A stretch of DNA of 64,000 nucleotides, taken from NCBI RefSeq assembly GCF_963921235.1, contig NC_086108.1, forward strand, positions 45,758,001 through 45,822,000, in the 5' to 3' direction. Of the stretch, positions 61,025-64,000 are shown in pieces (within the stretch, counting starts at the first letter, position 1; each line of letters starts with the position of its first letter). The DNA comes from Mobula hypostoma. Taxonomy: Eukaryota. A program made the translations under genes and the position numbers. The notes beneath the pieces are model-generated. The model was not told the DNA's origin and made no database searches. It saw nothing but the letters and a program-made list of their open reading frames with translations.

Positions 61025-61739
61025 TACCTCTTCCTACAGATGCTGTCTGGCCTGCTGCGTTCACCAGCAACTTTGATGTGTGTCATTTAAATATTCTAGT
61101 TTTTTTTCTCCAACACAATACATAAAACTTATCTCTCGTGTTTTAAAAATATTTAACATGCCCTTTTCTCGGTGGCACAATTCTTAATTATCAATGTAAA
61201 AAGGCATTCACAAGCACTATATTAATCAGGAGCCTCTACTATATTTTGTTTATATTTGTGTACTTTTTATGAATAATTAAATCCTAGTTTCAAATTGGAG
61301 AAAAAAATGTGGTTTAAAGTCATGTTTAATGTAACTTGCCAAGTATTGCACACAAAGGAAAATCTCAAACTACATTATTCATTTTGGAAGCAAGTTAGTA
61401 TCCTGGCTCTGAATAACCCAGTAGTTAAATACAATGATGATAGAAATCTGCCTTTGTTTTATTTTGATCCATATAACACAATATTAAATTAAAACAATTG
61501 ATGTAATTCATTACACATCAGATGTAAAAGTACTAACTGTGCTAAAACAGTAACCAACTTCCTGTCTGACTGAAAAATCACCTACAGTACAACTGTGAAA
61601 TGACCTACAGTATATGATGAAAATACAGTGAAATCAATAAAAACAGCTGGGACAGGGCAAAGAGTGAAGGAGATTAATGCTGTTAAGTAGGAATAGACTA
61701 GCGAAGGGAAGAATCTATGAAACACTTGAATAAGTGAAT

Positions 61740-62933
61740 GATAGTTCCCATCCACAACCACCCTCCTCTGTCTGGCAGAACTGGTCTGCACCTTCAACAA
61801 TTTCTCCTTCAGCTTCTCCCACTTTCTCCAAACTCAAGGGGTAGCCATGGGCACCTGCATGGGCCCCAGCTATGCCTGCCTTTTCACTGGCGATGTAGAA
61901 CAGTCTATGCTCCAAGCCTTCCCTGGTAACGCTCCCCAACTCCTCCCTTGCTATATTGACGACTGCAGTGTTGCTGCTTCCTGCACTAATTTCATCAATT
62001 TTGACTCCAACTTCCACCCTCCCTTTCATTCACTTGGTCCATTTCTGACACCTCTTTCTTTCTTAATCTCATCTCTGGAACCAATTCACACGGCTATCTT
62101 GATAATACCTCTTATCGCCCTGTCTCCATGATGGGGCTTTCCTTTCCAGGGCATCTGAGGAGTCCTCCTTCTTCAAAGAAAGGGGTTTCCCTTCCTCCAC
62201 CATTGATGCTACCCTCACTGGCATCTCCTCTATTTTCCAGATGTCCGCACTTACCCCAACTTCCCATATCAGGGTTATAGTTCCTCTTGTTCTCACCTAC
62301 CACCCCATGAGCCTCTGCATCCAATACATCGTTCTCTGCAACGCCCGCCATCTACAGTGGGATACTACCACCAAACACATCTTTACCTTCCCCCACCTCC
62401 AAGCTTTCCGCAGTGATTGCTTCCTCCGCAGCTTCCTTGTCCATTCATCCCTCCCCACTAATCTCTCTCATGGGGCATATTTCTGCAAGTGACAAAAAAT
62501 GCTACACATGTTCATTCACCTCCTCCCTTACCTCCAGTTTGTTGGGATCATCAATTGTATCCAGTGCACCTGATGCGGCCTCCTCTGCATTGCGAGGCCC
62601 AATGTAAGTTGGGGGAGCACTTGGCAAACACTTCCGCTCCATCTGCTGAAAGCAGAATTTCCCAGAGGTTAAACATTTTCATTCCTATCCCCATTCTTGT
62701 TCTGACATGTTGGTCCATAGCCTCCTCTTTTGCTACAATGAGGCTATCTCAGGGTGGAGGAGGAACACTTCATGTTCCATCTAGGTAGCCTCCAAGCTGA
62801 TGGCATAAACATCGATTTCTCCTGGTAATTTCCCCCTCCCCTTCCATCTTCTTCTATTATCCACTCTGGCTCCTTGCCTCTTCTCCTCACCTGCATATCA
62901 CCTCCCCGCAGTTCTCCTCCTTTCCTTTCTCCC
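61740..62933 (+). mobile_element. Decayed Penelope-like element (RT + GIY-YIG)
   Basis: QTQGVAMGTCMGPSYACLF, YIDD, PLVLTYHP; truncated by the LTR at 62934. Confidence 0.88.
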
Positions 62934-64000
62934 TGTCATGGTTCAGTCCGTGAAGTCCACATTCCGGTTCACAGTTCGGTCCATGGATCCTTGTTCTGGG
63001 TTTTCCTGTTTGCTCTCTTGTTCTGTTGGGTGCCTTAATTAAGGCACCTGATTCTCATTGTGGGCTGGCACATAAATACCTTTGCAGACCAAGGATTCGG
63101 TGCTGGACTGTTCCCTTCCCTTCCCGCCTGAAACCTTGTCAGTATCCCCATCAAGTTCAACTGCCGGAGTGAGACCGGAGCCTTGCCATGCCAAGAGAAG
63201 GAACTATCTATCATTGAGTTTGGAACGGTCTCTTTGTGTCCCCATGTTTAGTATCCATGTTCTGTGTACCAGTCCCAGCCCTATGTCCTGTTCCCAAGGA
63301 GGAGTTCCTCGCCCAGCCTGGTGCTGGAGATTCCTCGTCCTGTGCTGGATCGTCCCCATCCGAATCCTCGGCAGTCATCCCGACCCTGCGTCTTAGGAAG
63401 GGTCCCGGCCCTGCGTCCTAGGAAGGGTCCTGGCCCTGCGTCCCAGGAAGGGTCCCGGCCCTGCATCCAACGAGGAGTCCTGGCTCCATACCCAAGGCCT
63501 AACCAAGCCGAGTCCAAGAGCCTCGTCCTGTGCTGGAGATTCCTCGCCCAGCCCAGGAGTATCTTGCTCAGCCCGATGCTGGAGTTCCCTCATCCTGTCC
63601 AGGAGTCTCTCGTCCTGCCCAAGCCACGTCCAAGAACCTCATCCTGTCCAAGTCATGACTTTGTGTTCTTGTTCTGTCCATGTGCCTCGTCCTGTACAGG
63701 AGTTCCATGTCCAGTCCTGTTGCCACGTCTCATCCTCGCCTAGATCCAGGGTCCGAGCCCAAGTGAAGACCCAGGTTCTGGGTCCCTGTCCAGTCTCTGG
63801 TTTGGAATACTAGCCCAGGCTCCTAGCTCCAAGTTCCTTGTCCTGGTCCCGCTTTCCTAGTGTGTCCTTGTCTTGTCCAGGGCCTGTGTCAAAGTCCAGC
63901 GTCATTTCTTTCCTTGCTTTCTTGACAAAACTAGTCCTGTTTCTAGTATTTCAGTGTCTGTGTCTTGCATTTGGGTCCGCTCCCAACACCCTTGAATGAC
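62934..64000 (+). mobile_element. Long LTR (probably Gypsy-type; solo or 5' LTR), about 1.07 kb
   Basis: Starts TGTCATG, window ends ..ATGAC (inverted terminus TGTCAT/ATGAC[A]); CATAAATA at 63071; internal 25-bp repeats 63383-63465. Confidence 0.7.

Larger units (their letters stand above)
59686..61084. mobile_element. Fold-back Penelope-like element (GIY-YIG endonuclease 3' end + pLTR in both orientations)
   Basis: Inverted arms 59722-60328 and 60483-61083; minus GVIYCFRCSRCGPLYIGETRRRLGDRFAEH (GIY-YIG); plus PVATHFN..RLEEQHLIFRLGSLQPDGMN; 14-bp TSD ATTTAAATATTCTA. Confidence 0.95.

Overview
Vertebrate non-coding DNA that is almost entirely transposable elements. The repeat repertoire (CR1, Rex1/Babar, RTE-derived and tRNA-like SINEs, Penelope-like elements, L1/Tx1, Gypsy, hAT, Tc1) suggests a cartilaginous fish, probably a ray; this is an inference. 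I cannot support any host protein-coding gene. Main structures: (1) an ancient, minus-strand endogenous retrovirus at about 1-10136, with two diverged LTRs, a PPT, and gag, RNase H/integrase and gamma-type env remnants. Two young, homogeneous minisatellite arrays have grown inside it: about 64 x 32 bp expanded from the integrase 'EPxWEGPF' motif, and about 39 x 31 bp in the 5' leader, possibly from a PBS-like unit. These arrays explain the long stop-free ORFs at 1.9-4.2 kb and 8.4-10 kb. (2) Three fold-back (inverted) Penelope-like insertions, each bounded by a 12-14 bp target-site duplication; the 1.4 kb one carries a minimal hammerhead-ribozyme motif in each arm. (3) A full-span hAT/Charlie transposon, a decayed Gypsy element, three or four solo LTRs, a young CR1 with a 758-aa ORF2 segment, and many nested LINE fragments. 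Boundaries without a TSD are approximate, and identity values are by-eye estimates.
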